Below, piece by piece: positions 38,958 to 52,600 of a DNA stretch of 64,000 bases; position 1 is the first letter of the stretch; each line of letters begins with the position of its first letter. The position numbers were made by a program, and so were the translations under genes. The stretch covers positions 5,704,001 to 5,768,000 of the forward strand of contig CM035360.1 in the NCBI GenBank assembly GCA_020137815.1, written 5' to 3'. Below the pieces are notes generated by a model that saw nothing but the letters and a program-made list of their open reading frames with translations, was not told where the DNA came from and ran no database searches. The stretch is from Hormiphora californensis. Its lineage: Eukaryota; Animalia; Ctenophora.

Positions 38958-40745
38958 GTTTGTATTAGGAGAAGGCGAAGGGGTCTGTAGGACAATTCGT
39001 AATCAATCCTAGTCTCGACAGAATGTCCAATAAGTTATGTCCCCTGACTCACCATGTGCTTCTCTCCATTGAAGACCGGTGTGTCTCCTAATTGGGAGCT
39101 GAGTGAGCCAAGTGTGTGTGTTGTGTGTACACTGTGATACTGTGTTTTTGATCTCTACTGTCTGCAAAATCATGCGTTGGTATGTTTTCTCACAGCTACA
39201 GCTTCTATCTACCATTATTGTCACTTTCTGTCGCCCTCCCCCCACTGAGCTCTGTAATCCCCCTTACCGGTCACTGGTCAATGATCTTGGCCTCTGAACA
39301 CTGTATTTACAAACCCGGCCATAAACATTGATCTGTTCTTACTGTCTCCGCGGTCTTGAGGAATAGGACCTAAAAATCTAGAGTGACACAATCCTGTTGG
39401 CGGTGCGAGACCCGTCTCAGCGCACTGTCAAAATCGGGGTCTGGCGCCAGACAAGCATATCTCAATAATGCCAGTCCAATAATAACCCAGACTCTGTCCC
39501 GCGTACAGGGGTGAGAAAGCACCAACGAACCGGTTACGAGGCACGGAGTGAGGTCAGGTGATGGTGTCAACATATTACATCTCATCTTCCTCCCTCTTAT
39601 CTCGTTCTTGTGCTGTGGTTCGAACTGAAAATATCGCTAAAGAGTGTGAGTCCTGTCAGAGCACGCGAGAACTGTGGTCAGAGCATTGGCCTGGCAAGGT
39701 GAGTCAGTCCTTCTTTTCCCTCTTAAAATAATTGAACTACACGACCTCTGCTTACATTTCTAACACAACAACCTCTCCCTACACAGGTATGCCAATCTAA
39801 AGAGTATCCAAATGATGGGCCCGTCAGAAACCCACCCTCATCTCCCTTACTCACCGCTCTTAATTCACGGGATTGGTGCCTTCGTTGTGTGGCGACGGGG
39901 GGAGGATACAGGTATTGTTCCGCGTTATCTAACGATCGATATCATACTTTAGAGCGGTCAAGTTTCGTTATATACTACATCCTTTTGACAGAAAACTGCG
40001 GTAAATGAATATGAATCTCTTCCATGCCTAATTTCCTTGTTGAGTAACGAACAACACTATTTTCCAGGAAGAACTTATTGTGCTCATGTCTTGGGAGATA
40101 TCAATGGTATCATTCCTCCTCCTTTCTATCTCTTCTTCAAGACCTCTGTTAACACGGTAAGAATATCTAATCAGTCTGGCGCTGTCTGCGCCGCGGACCC
40201 ATCTGAGCGCATTGTGATTGAGATTCAAAAACGGTGACGCGCAGATAGATAACAAGAATAACTGCATTATGTTTATAATGCTATGTTTCCCCGCCATAAA
40301 GTCGACGACACGTGTGTGGTCATTTTGAGGTTTAGAAATCCAAAGGGCCTGCCTTTGTAGCATTGATAGTGACTATTTAACAGAGATGCGCCGTTTCTCA
40401 GAAATAAAAATGAGCTCATGTTAAATATGTCCCTTATGACAGAGAGTCTCTGTCAGACTGTCTGACCGCCGACCCCTCTGAGCGCACTTTTGAGAATCAA
40501 ATGGGGTATGGGCGCCGCCATACAGCTGTCAGAGACTGTCTGTGTATTGTATTATCTGGTCACCTCTCTAATCTGTACGTGACTTAGCTAGGCAGAGAGA
40601 GCTGAAGAGTGAGACCTAATCTTGGGTCTCCTGTGTGACGGGCAGGCAAACTATGATAGATAATCCATATTTATCTTTATTTCATTTGTTGAGTATACTC
40701 TCCTGTCAAGGGGTCCCATCCCCTTTTTTTATCGGGAAAAAACAT

Positions 40746-43700
40746 AAATTCATAAGTTAGCTATTCTCCGGCTGGGTATAGGGCTGAGGTACTGGCAAGA
40801 TATAGTAGGATCGCTATTGCCCACATGTCAAGTCTATTCGGATATACAAGTTTTTTAAAAGGTTGGGGGGTCACAGGGACCGTCTTGCTTCGCTCCCCGT
40901 TAACATTGCCTGTAACCGGGGGGGTCCACTAAGCTCTCATATATACTCGGCATTACTCCCAACCACTAGTAGTGGTTAGTAACTCTCTATACTGGTAAAT
41001 CCGTTTATAGAAACAATCCTTGTGTTTTAGTAGCGATCACTCCGTATATTTGCACTGACCCAGTATTACCACACATTATTGTGCAATTGGCACTATGGGA
41101 TTTCTCCACTGCGGCCACTGTGAGTAATCAGCCACTATATAAGGTACATCTTGGTTGCTAACCAGTCAATACATTAGAGAGGGTTGTAGCACCGGGAGGT
41201 AATGAGTAAACACACACACACGCATTGAGCAAGCTCAATGTTTAGCTATTCCTGGCTGGGTATAGGGCTGAGGTACTGGCAAGATATAGTAGGATCGCTA
41301 TTGCCCACATGTCAAGTCATCGGATATACAAGTTTTTTAAAAGGTTGGGGGGTCACAGGGACCGTCTTAGCTTCGCTCCCCGTTAACATTGCCTGTAACC
41401 GGGGGTCCACTAAGCTCTCATATATACTCGGCCATTATCCCAACCACGTAGTGGTTTTCAGTACCCTCTATACTGGTAAATCCGTATAGAAACAATCCTT
41501 GTGTTTTACTAGCGATCACCCCGTATATCTTGCACTGACCCGGATTACCACACATAATTGTGCAATGGCACTATGGGATTTTCCACTGCGGCCGGCACTG
41601 TGAGTAATCAGCCACTATATAGTACATTTGGTTGCTAACCAGTCAAAATTGATAGAGGGGTGTAGCACCGGGAGGTAATGAGTAAACACACACACACGCA
41701 TTGAGCAAGCTCAATGTAGCTATCTCCTGCGCTGGGTATAGGGTGAGGTACTGGCAAGATATAGTAGGATCGCTATTGCCCACATGTCAAGTCTATTCGA
41801 TATACAAGTTTTTAAAAGGTTGGGGGGTCACAGGGACGTCTTGCTTCGCTCCCCGTTACCTTGCCTGTAACCGGGGGTCCACTAAGCTCTCATATACTCG
41901 GCCATTACTCCCAACCACTAGTAGTGGTTTTCAGTACCTCTTATACTGGTAATCGTATAAGTATAGAAACAATCCTTGTGTTTTAGTAGCGATCACTCCG
42001 TATATCTTGCACTGACCCAGTATTACCACACATTAATTGTGCAATTGGCACTATGGGATTTCTCACTGCGGCGGCACTGTGAGTAATCAGCCACTATATA
42101 AGCTACATCTTGGTTGCTACCAGTCAATACATTAGAGAGGGGTTGAGAGCACACGGGAGGTATGAGTAAACAACACACACACGCATTGAGCAAGTTAATA
42201 CTATCCGGGCGGGTGAGGGTACTGGCAAGATATAGAGGACGCTATTGCCACATGTCAAGTCTATTCGGATATACAAGTTTTTAAAAGGTGGGGGGTCACA
42301 GGGACCGTTTAGCTTCGCTCCCCGTTAACATTGCCTGTAACCGGGGGTCCACTAGCTCTCATATATACTCGGCCATTACTCCCAACCACGTAAGTGGTTT
42401 TACGTACCTTTATACGGTAATCCGTATAGAAACAATCCTTGTGTTTTAGTAGCGATCACTCCGTATATCTTGCAGACCCAGTATTACCACACATTAATTG
42501 TGCAATTGGCACTATGGGGTTTCTCCATGCGCGGGCACTGTGAGTAATCAGCCACTATATAACTACATCTTGGTTGCTAACCAGTCAATACATTAGTAGA
42601 GGGGGGGTTAGTCACCGGGAGGTAATGGTAAACACACACACACGCATTGAGCAAGCTCAATGTTTAGCTATTCTCCGGCTGGGTATAGGGCTGAGGTACT
42701 GGGAAGATATAGTAGGATCGCTATTGCCCACATGTCAAGTTTGGATCATATACAAGTTTTTAAAAGGTTGGGGGTCACAGGGACCGTTCTAGCTTCGCTC
42801 CCCGTTACATTGCCTGTAACCGGGGGTCCACTAAGCTCTCATATAACTCGGCCATTACTCCAACCACTAGTAGTGGTTTTCAGTACTCTTATACTGGTAA
42901 ATCCGTATAGAAACATCTTGTGTTTTAGTAGCGATCACTCCTATATCTTGCACTGACCCAGTATTACCCACATTAATTGTGCAATTGCACTATGGGATTT
43001 CTCCACTGCGGCCGGCACTGTGAGTAATCAGCACCTATATAAGCTACATCTTGGTTGCTAACCAGTCAATAATTAGTAGAGGGGGTTGTCGCACCGGGAG
43101 GTAATGAGTATAAACACACACACACGCATTGAGCAAGCTCAATGTTTAGCTATTTCCGGCTGGGTATAGGGCTGAGGTACTGGCAAGATATAGTAGGATC
43201 GCTATTGCCCACATGTCAAGTCTATTCGGATATACAAGTTTTTAAAGGTTGGGGGGTCACAGGGACCGTCTTAGCTCGTCCCCGTTAACATTGCCTGTAA
43301 CCGGGGGTCCACAGCTCTTATTATACTCGGCCATTACTCCAACCACTAGTAGTGGTTTTCAGTACCTCTTATACTGGTAATCCGTATAGAAACATCCTTG
43401 TGTTTTAGTAGCGATCACTCCGTATATCTTGCACGACCCAGTATTACCACACATTAATTGTGCAATTGGCACTGGGATTTCTCCACTGCGGCCGGCACGT
43501 GAGTAATCAGCCACTATTATAGCTACATCTTGGTGCTAACCAGTCATACATTAGTAGAGGGGTTGTAGCACCGGGAGGTAATGAGTAAACACACACACAC
43601 GCATTGAGCAAGCTCAATGTTTAGCTATTCTCCGGCTGGGTATAGGTGAGGTTCTGGCAAGATATAGTAGTACAACCCCTCTACTAATGTATGACTGGTT

Positions 43701-44186
43701 AGCAACCAAGATGTAGCTTATATAGTGGCTGATTACTCACAGTGCCGGCCGCAGGGGAGAAATCCCATAGTGCCAATGCACAATTAATGTGTGGTAATAC
43801 TGGGTCAGTGCAAGAATACGGAGTGATCGTACTAAAACACAAGGATGTTTCTATACGGATTTACCATATAAGAGGTACTGAAAACCATAATAGTGGTTGG
43901 GAGTAATGGCCGAGTATATATGAGAGCTTAGTGGACCCCCGGTTACAGGCAATGTTAACGGGGAGCGAAGCTAGACGGTCCCTGTGACCCCCCAACCTTT
44001 TAAAAAACTTGTATATCCGAATAGACTTGACATGTGGGCCATAGCGATCCTACTATATCTTGCCAGTACCTCAGCCTATACCCAGCCGGAGAATAGCAAA
44101 CATTGAGCTTGCTCAATGCGTGTGTGTGTGTTACTCATTACCTCCGGTGCTACAACCCTCTACTAAAATAAAAAAATTCATAAAGT
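40746..44186 (+). mobile_element. Mirror, noisier copy of the TSD-flanked tandem-unit insertion
   Basis: Same unit count, inversion at ~43670, A-rich tail and aaaattcataaagt at 44173-44186, with a degenerate copy of it at 40746-40757. Confidence 0.8.
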
Positions 44187-44962
44187 CAAATTGCCGTTAA
44201 ATATCAGTCGTCCTTCGGCTCAGGGCTCAACCAACGTGGCTTGCACGCCACCATGATAGGTCACACCCAAAAACAGGTCGCATCAATAACATTGTTTGAG
44301 TAACTTACTACTCTTCAAATATTTCAGGGGGTCGCATTTATGGGAGTCGCTTGGTCTGGCACCTAATAACAGGAGTACTATTCCTCAAAGAGGACTATTG
44401 GGGGACTGTCCTCTCCCTCCCCTCCTGGCGTGGACCACTACCTAGCGTACACTGGACAAAACATTACCCGCCTCAACTAACAACTGTAACGGCATGTGAC
44501 ATTGGAACAAAACGGGAAACAGACATTACACAACTAACTGAACTAACGCTGATTTTAGTGACGTTTCGGTTTTGATTTTTTGAATGTGAACGTGCAAAAG
44601 TTGAAAGTTTTTTGTAAAAACGTGATTACTGATGTTTAGCTCGCACAACCTGATACTGATATGACTTTGTTACAAATATAGGACTGAGTTTCTATATCGA
44701 TAAGAAGTACCACTGCCAGTCACACCCTGATGATAAGTCCGCCACTAATCTGGACAAGGACACCGATTAGAAATTATCCAACGTCACTGATTATGCGTCA
44801 CTGCTAGTAGTATATCCCAACAAGCCACGCGGCATCCCTCCTAATATATACTGATGGTGTGAGGTTTTAGTGGTGGGAAGCTGTCCTACCATTGCACTTC
44901 CAGTTACACCACACTGTGATAGAGGCTAACATCAATGTATAAAAGAGACAACCGCAAGCCTA

Positions 44963-45505
44963 TACAGGGTGTGAACTGCATGTCGTGTTTGCTGTCGCGA
45001 GCGCGCTGCGAGACAAGCAAACACGTCAAGGTTCATTAACAAGCATGCTGCTCAGTCATTTTGATTAATACACAATGTAAGGATACCAGTAATAGGTGAG
45101 ACTCTTGCGTCACCCTCGTTCAAGTACCGTGGAAAAAAAAGCGTACACGCAAACTGATGCCCATTTTCCTCGCGTGACCCCGATTCAGCAGTTTGAGACA
45201 CCAACTCTTTAGGGGGCCATATCTCAGGAACCAGACAAGATAGGAAAAATCGCCGTCTAACGAGGCGTACAGTTTTTAATCTAGTTTACCACTGTACCGG
45301 CCGTTTCACTCTCCGACCTAAAACAAAAATCGCAACCCCACAAAACTTCAAAATAATGAAATTCGCATCTCGCATGTCGTGTTCATGTCGTGTTGCATGT
45401 CGTGTCATGTTATTGACGCGCTCGCGTTCAACTCTCACACAGCAGCTGCAGAACATGGCGGGAAACATCGAGGAGTAGAGAGAGGGTCGGTGCCGAATCA
45501 AATAT
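44963..45505. repeat. Probable DNA-transposon-derived interspersed repeat (mirrored at ~48260-48813)
   Basis: Starts TA-CAGGGTGT; internal catgtcgtgt short repeats; no coding frame. Confidence 0.4.
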
Positions 45506-45509
45506 TTCT

Positions 45510-48250
45510 TGATCTTGATCTACTCCATCTCTCAGCTATCCTACCCCTCATCAACTCGATCTCTCAGCTACCCTACCCCTCATCTACTCCATCTTTCAGC
45601 TACCCTACCCCTCATGTACTCCATCTTTCAGCTACCCTACCCCTTATCTAGTCCATCTCTCAGCTACCCTACTCCTCATCTACTCCATCTCTCAGCTTCC
45701 CTATTAGGAAGCATAGAGATGGAAACGATTAGGGTAGGAATCCCCTATCCATAATCGTTTCCATCTCTATGCTTCCCTAGCCCCATCAACTCCATCTTTC
45801 AGCTACCCTACCCTAATCTAGTCCATCTCTCGCTCCCAACCCTACTCCTCATTAATCCATCTCTCAGCTACCCTACCTCCCATTTACTCCATTCTCAGCT
45901 TCCCTACCTCCCATTTACTCCATCTCTCAGCTAACCTACCTCCCATTTTTACCTCCATATCTCAGCTTCCCACCTCCCATTTACCCATCTCTCAGCTTAC
46001 CCTACCTCCCATTTACCCCCATCTCTCAGCTCCCTAACTCCCCCTTTACTCCATCTCTCAGCTTCCCTACCTCCCATTTTACTCCATATCTCAGCTACCC
46101 AACCCCCCCATTCACTCCATCTATCAGCTTCCCTACCTCCCATTTACTCCATCTCTCAGCTTCCCTACCTCCCATTTACTCCATCTCTCAGCTTCCCTAC
46201 CTCCCATTTACTCCATCCTCTCAGCTTACCCTACCTCCCATTTACTCCATATCTCAGCTTCCTACCCTACCTCCATTTACTCCATCTCTCAGATACCCTA
46301 CCTCCCATTTACTCCATCTCTCAGCTTACCTACCTCCCATTTACTCCATCTCTCAGCTTCCCTACATCCCATTTACTCCATCTCTCAGCTTCCTACCTCC
46401 CCTTTACTCCCCTCTCTCAGCTACCCAACCTCCCATTCACTCCCATCTATCAGCTACCCTACCTCCCCTTTACTCCATCTTCAGCTTCCTACCTCCCATT
46501 TACCCATCCTCCAGCTTTTCCCCACCTCCCATTTACCTCCCATCCCTGCCTCCCCTTACTCCATTTTCTTAGCTACCCTACCTCCCATTTACTCCATTTT
46601 CTCAGCTAACCCTACCACCCCTTTACTCCATCTCTCAGCTACCCTAACCCCCCATTTACTCCATCTCTAGCTTCCCCACCTCCCATTTACTCCATCTTTC
46701 AGCTTCCCTACCTCCCTTTACTCCATTGCTTCCCTTCCCCCACCTCCCATTTACTCATCCTCCTCAGCTTTTCCCCACCCCATTTACTCCATCTCTCAGC
46801 TTCTCCCTACCTCCCATTTCTCCATCTCTCATTTATCTAACATTCCTACCCTGAGAATGGGTAAATGGGAGGTAGGGGAAGCTGAGAGATGGGAGTAAAT
46901 GGGAGGTAGGGAAGCTGAGAGATGGAGTTTAAAAGGGAGGTAGGGAAAGGTGAGAGATGAGTAAATGGGGTGGTAGGGTAGCTGAAAGATGGAGTAAATG
47001 GGAGGTAGGTAAGCTCAGAGATGGATCAAATGGGAGGTAGGGTAGTGAGGGATGGAGTAAATGGGAGGTAGGGGAAACTGGAGATGGAGTAAATGGAGGT
47101 TTGGTAAGCTCAGAGATGGATCAAATGGGAGGTAGGAGCTGAGGGATGGAGTAAATGGGAGTAGGGAAGCTGAGAGATGGAGTAAAAATTTGGGAGGTAG
47201 GTAAGCTGAGAGATGAGTAAATGGGAGGTAGGGTATCTGAGAGATGGAGGACATGGAGGTTGGTAGCTGAGAGATGGAGAGTAAATGGGAGGTAGGAAGC
47301 TGGAGAAGAGGAGTACAGGTAAATGACCGGATTGTAGGAAGCGAGAGATGAGAGTAAATGGAGAGTTTAGGTAAGCTGAGCAGATGGACAGTAAATCGCG
47401 GAGGTAGGGTGTATCTGAAAGATTGGAGTAAATGGCAGTACAGGTAGAGGGAAAAGCTGAGATATGGAGGTAAATGGGAGATTAGGAGACTGAAGAGAGT
47501 GGAGTGTAAATGGGGAGTAGGGAAGCCATGAGAGATGGAGTAAATGGGAGGCGACGGTAGCGAAGCTGAGAGATGGAGTAAATGGAAGTAGGGTAGCTGA
47601 TAGATGGAGTGAATGCGGAGGTTGGGGCTGAGATATGCGAGTAAATGGGAGGTTAGGGAAGCTGTGAGCGATGGCGTAAATGGGAGTTAGTTAGGGAAGC
47701 TGAGAGAGGAGTAAATGCGGAGGTAGATAGCTGAGCGATGGAGTAGTAATGGGAGGTAGGGAGCTGAGATATGGAGTAAATGAGGGAGGTCGGTTAAGCT
47801 GAGAGAGATGGAGTAAATGGGATCTTCTTTTTGGTAGGGAAGCCCTGAGAAGATGAAGTAAATGGGAGGAGGGTAGCTGAGAAAGATGGCAGTAGATGAG
47901 GAGTAGGAGCGAGAGATGACTAGATTAGCGGTAGGTAGCTGGAAAGATGGAGGTTGATGGATAGGGAAGAATGAGGATGCGAACGTTAGGATGAGCGGAT
48001 TCCATACCCCATAATCGTTTCCTCTCTATGATTCCCTAATAGGGAAGCTGAGAGATGGAGTAGATGAGGGAAGTAGACGGTTAGCTGAAGAGATGGGGGA
48101 CTTTTAGATAAGGGGTAGGGTAGCTGAAAGATGGAGTAGATGAGGGGCGAGGGTAGCTGAAAGATGGAGTAGATGCAGAGGGTAGGGCTAGCTGAGAGAT
48201 CGAGGGAGGTGATGAGGGGAAGGATAGCTGAGAGATGAGTAGAGTAGATC
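45510..48250. repeat. ~32-bp polypyrimidine/polypurine minisatellite that switches strand at the palindrome centre
   Basis: Consensus ctccatctctcagcttccctacctcccattta up to ~46830 and its reverse complement from ~46860. Confidence 0.92.
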
Positions 48251-49614
48251 AGGATCAAGAAATATTGATTCGGCACAGACCCTCTCTACTACTCCTCGAT
48301 GTTTCCCGCAGCTTCTGCAGCTGCCTGTGTGCGAGTTGACGCGAGAGCGCGTCAATAACATGACACGACATGCAACACGACATGCAACACGACATGCGAG
48401 ATGCGAATTTCATTATTTTGAAGTTTTGTGGGGTTGCGATTTTTGTTTTAGGTCGGAGAGTGAAACGGCCGGTACAGTGGTAAACTAGATTAAAAACTGT
48501 ACGCCTCGTTAGACGGCGATTTTTCCTATCTTGTCTGGTTCCTGAGATATGGCCCCCTAAAGAGTTGGTGTCTCAAACTGCTGAATCGGGGTCACGCGAG
48601 GAAAATGGGCATCAGTTTGCGTGTACTGCTCCGTTTTTCACGGGACTTGAACGAGGGTGACGGCAAGAGTCTCACCTATTACATGGTATCCTTACATTGT
48701 GTATTAAATCTAAAATGACTGAGCAGCATGCTTGTTAATGAACCTTGACGTGTTTGCTTGTCTCGCAAGCGCGCTCGCGACTAGCAAACACGACATGCAG
48801 TTCACACCCTGTATAGGCTTGCGGTGTCTCTTTGATACATGCTGAGTGGTAGCCTGCTATCACAGTGTGGTGTAACTGGAAGTGCAAGTGGTAGGACAGC
48901 TTCCCACGCACTAAAACCTCACACCATCAGTATAATAATTAGGAGGGGATGCCGGCGTGTGCTGTTGGGGGGAGTACTATACTAGCAGTGACGCATTATC
49001 AGTGACGTTGGATAATTATCTAATCGGTGTCCTTGTCCAGATTAGTGCGGGACTTATCATCAGGGTGTGACTGGCAGTGGTACTTCTTATCGATATAGAA
49101 ACTCAGGTCCTATATTTGTAACAAAGTCATATCAGTATCAGGTTGTGCGAGCTAAACATCAAGTAATCACGTTTTTACAAAAAAAACTTTCAACTTTTGC
49201 ACGTTCACATTCAAAAAATCAAAACCGAAACGTCACTAAAATCAGCGTTAGTTCAGTTAGTTGTGTAAATGTCTGTTTCCCGTTTTGTTCCAATGTCACA
49301 TGCCGTTACAGTTGTTAGTTGAGGCGGGTAATGTTTAGTCCAGTGTACGCTAGGTATGTGGTCCACGCCAGGAAGGGGAGGGAGAGGACAGTCCCCCAAT
49401 AGTCCTCTTTGAGGAATAGTACTCCTGTTATTAGGGTGCCAGACCAAGCGACTCCCATAAATGCGACCCCCTGAAATATTTGAAGAGTAGTAAGTTACTC
49501 AAACAATGAAATATTGGATGCGACCTGTTTTTGGGTGTGACCTATCATGGTGGCGTGCAAGCCACGTTGGTTGAGCCCTGAGCCGGAAGACGACTGATAT
49601 TTAACGGCAATTTG

Positions 49615-52600
49615 ACTTTATGAATTTTTTATTTTAGTAGAGGGGTTGTAGCACCGGGAGGTAATGAGTAAACACACACACACGCATTGAGCAAGCTCAA
49701 TGTTTAGCTATTCTCCGGCTGGGTATAGGGCTGAGGTACTGGCAAGATATAGTAGGATCGCTATTGCCCACATGTCAAGTCTATTCGGATATACAAGTTT
49801 TTAAAAGGTTGGGGGGTCACAGGGACCGTCTTAGCTTCGCTCCCCGTTAACATTGCCTGTAACCGGGGGTCCACTAAGCTCTCATATATACTCGGCCATT
49901 ACTCCCAACCACTAGTAGTGGTTTTCAGTACCTCTTATACTGGTAAATCCGTATAGAAACAATCCTTGTGTTTTAGTAGCGATCACTCCGTATATCTTGC
50001 ACTGACCCAGTATTACCACACATTAATTGTGCAATTGGCACTATGGGATTTCTCCACTGCGGCCGGCACTGTGAGTAATCAGCCACTATATAAGCTACAT
50101 CTTGGTTGCTAACCAGTCAATACATTAGTAGAGGGGTTGTACTACTATATCTTGCCAGTACCTCAGCCCTATACCCAGCCGGAGAATAGCTAAACATTGA
50201 GCTTGCTCAATGCGTGTGTGTGTGTTTACTCATTACCTCCCGGTGCTACAACCCCTCTACTAATGTATTGACTGGTTAGCAACCAAGATGTAGCTTATAT
50301 AGTGGCTGATTACTCACAGTGCCGGCCGCAGTGGAGAAATCCCATAGTGCCAATTGCACAATTAATGTGTGGTAATACTGGTCAGTGCAAGATATACGGA
50401 GTGATCGCTACTAAAACACAAGGATTGTTTCTATACGGATTTACCAGTATAAGAGGTACTGAAAACCACTACTAGTGGTTGGGAGTAATGGCCGAGTATA
50501 TATGAGAGCTTAGTGGACCCCCGGTTTACAGGCAATGTTAACGGGGAGCGAAGCTAAGACGGTCCCTGTGACCCCCCAACCTTTTAAAAACTTGTATATC
50601 CGAATAGACTTGACATGTGGGCAATAGCGATCCTACTATATCTTGCCAGTACCTCAGCCCTATACCCAGCCGGAGAATAGCTAAACATTGAGCTTGCTCA
50701 ATGCGTGTGTGTGTGTTTACTCATTACCTCCCGGTGCTACAACCCCTCTACTAATGTATTGACTGGTTAGCAACCAAGATTAGCTTATATAGTGGCTGAT
50801 TACTCACAGTGCCGGCCGCAGTGAGAAATCCCATAGTGCCAATTGCACAATTAATGTGTGGTAATACGGGGTCAGTGCAAGATATACGGAGTGATCGCTA
50901 CTAAAACACAAGGATTGTTTCTATACGGATTTACCAGTATAAGAGGTACTGAAAACCACTACTAGTGGTTGGGAGTAATGGCCGAGTATATATGAGAGCT
51001 TAGTGGACCCCCGGTTACAGGCAATGTTAACGGGGAGCGAAGCTAAGACGGTCCCTGTGACCCCCCAACCTTTTAAAAACTTGTATATCCGAATAGACTT
51101 GACATGTGGGCAATAGCGATCCTACTATATCTTGCCAGTACCTCAGCCCTATACCCAGCCGGAGAATAGCTAAACATTGAGCTTGCTCAATGCGTGTGTG
51201 TGTGTTTACTCATTACCTCCCGGTGCTACAACCCCTCTACTAATGTATTGACTGGTTAGCAACCAAGATGTAGCTTATATAGTGGCTGATTACTCACAGT
51301 GCCGGCCGCAGTGGAGAAATCCCATAGTGCCAATTGCACAATTAATGTGTGTAATACTGGGTCAGTGCAAGATATACGGAGTGATCGCTACTAAAACACA
51401 AGGATTGTTTCTATACGGATTTACCAGTATAAGAGGTACTGAAAACCACTACTAGTGGTTGGGAGTAATGGCCGAGTATATATGAGAGCTTAGTGGACCC
51501 CCGGTTACAGGCAATGTTAACGGGGAGCGAAGCTAGAGACGGTCCTGTGACCCCCCAACCTTTTAAAAACTTGTATATCCGAAATAGACTTGACATGTGG
51601 GCAATAGCGATCCTACTATATCTTGCCAGTACCTCAGCCTATACCCAGCCGGAGAATAGCTAAACATTGAGCTTGCTCAATGCGTGTGTGTGTGTTTACT
51701 CATTACCTCCCGGTGCTACAACCCCTCTACTAATGTATTGACTGTTAGCAACCAAGATGTAGCTTATATAGTGGCTGATTACTCACAGTGCCGGCCGCAG
51801 TGGAGAAATCCCCATAGTGCCAATTGCACAATTAATGTGTGGTAATACTGGGTCAGTGCAAGATATACGGAGTGATCGCTACTAAAACACAAGGATTGTT
51901 TCTATACGGATTTACCAGTATAAGAGGTACTGAAAACCACTACTAGTGGTTGGGAGTAATGGCCCGAGTATATATGAGAGCTTAGTGGACCCCCGGTTAC
52001 AGGCAATGTTAACGGGGAGCGAAGCTAAGACGGTCCCTGTGACCCCCCAACCTTTTAAAAACTTGTATATCCGAATAGACTTGACATGTGGGCAATAGCG
52101 ATCCTACTATATCTTGCCAGTACCTCAGCCCTATACCCAGCCGGAGAATAGCTAAACATTGAGCTTGCTCAATGCGTGTGTGTGTGTTTACTCATTACCT
52201 CCCGGTGCTACAACCCCTCTACTAATGTATTGACTGGTTAGCAACCAAGATGTAGCTTATATAGTGGCTGATTACTCACAGTGCCGGCCGCAGTGGAGAA
52301 ATCCCATAGTGCCAATTGCACAATTAATGTGTGGTAATACTGGGTCAGTGCAAGATATACGGAGTGATCGCTACTAAAACACAAGGATTGTTTCTATACG
52401 GATTTACCAGTATAAGAGGTACTGAAAACCACTACTAGTGGTTGGGAGTAATGGCCGAGTATATATGAGAGCTTAGTGGACCCCCGGTTACAGGCAATGT
52501 TAACGGGGAGCGAAGCTAAGACGGTCCCTGTGACCCCCCAACCTTTTAAAAACTTGTATATCCGAATAGACTTGACATGTGGGCAATAGCGATCCTACTA

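Noticed and set aside
49840-49900. Twister-like string taacattgc...gggggtccactaagctctc in the unit
   Set aside because: The loop is too long and the 3' P2/GAG/P1 partners are absent, so the fold cannot be completed by eye.
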